This document shows, piece after piece, positions 63,625 through 64,000 of a DNA stretch of 64,000 nt. Every line of letters starts with the position of its first letter. Positions within the stretch are counted from its first letter, which is position 1. The stretch spans positions 248,001 through 312,000 of the forward strand of contig NIVC01000684.1 in NCBI GenBank assembly GCA_002269645.1. Direction: 5' to 3'. The DNA is from Macrostomum lignano. Taxonomy: Eukaryota. The position numbers and the translations under genes are program-made. The notes under the pieces were generated by a model. It made no database searches. It had not been told where the DNA came from and was given only the letters and a program-made list of their open reading frames with translations.

Positions 63625-64000
63625 AGTCTGTCTGTCTGTCCGAGTGTCTTTCTATCTGTCTGTCTGTCTGATTGTCTTTGTGTCTCTGTCTATATGTCGT
63701 ATTTTTATAGTTTTATAGATTTTACACTGACTTTACTCTCTCATATAACCGCTGTGCATTTTATTACCCGCACAGATCGTCTACTGCAGTCGAGACTGTC
63801 AGAAAGTTGCCTGGCGACTCCACCACAAGCTGGAGTGCCGCTGCCTGTCCAACCACCGACCGAACGTGCCCTCAGAATCAGGCAGGATGTTTCTGAAGCT
63901 CCTGTTTCGTAGTGTCGGCTCTATCGGAATTGGCGACGATCACGAAGGCGCCGTCTGGCGCGATTCTGCCGGCTTAAGACTTTTTAAAGATCTGATGAGT
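62828..64000 (+). CDS. SMYD: SMYD (SET and MYND domain) methyltransferase, 5' part. Exons: 62828-62965, 63776 to window end
   Basis: [14 protein letters not shown] (split SET N-segment); MYND finger [27 protein letters not shown]; then FKDLMS. SMYD2/3-like; a further upstream exon is possible. Confidence 0.88.
62975..63690. repeat. (TCTG)n compound microsatellite
   Basis: SMYD intron. Confidence 0.97.

Overview
Eukaryotic (invertebrate) genomic DNA with spliceosomal GT-AG introns. The style resembles a free-living flatworm such as Macrostomum, but that is inference. Eight protein-coding genes were reconstructed by hand with phase-consistent splicing: GPR19-like GPCR (+, intronless), CCDC154-like coiled-coil protein (-, 10 exons), diacylglycerol lipase alpha (+, 9 exons), two tandem NEK2-like kinases (+), a BTB/POZ protein (+, intronless), a PPP1R3/CBM21 glycogen-targeting PP1 subunit (+, 4 exons) and the 5' part of a SMYD methyltransferase (+, cut by the window edge). 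About a third of the window (~21 kb by rough tally) is locus-specific micro/minisatellite, mostly intronic or gene-flanking, and it explains nearly all long low-complexity ORFs in the track. Mobile DNA includes a DD37E Tc1-like transposon, two hAT-type MITEs, a TA-flanked TIR element with a nested Merlin/ISXO2-like mini-element, and two tRNA-headed SINE families. Most striking: (1) a ~7.5 kb CpG-poor, TpA-rich transposon block between the divergent CCDC154 and DAGLA starts, where a SINE copy shows one-directional C>T/G>A hypermutation at CpG and CpA on both strands (RIP-like signature); (2) two NEK2 paralogs with divergent first and last exons that share a ~99% identical catalytic exon, one of them having lost the Gly-rich loop. 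All alignments and counts were done by eye and are approximate.
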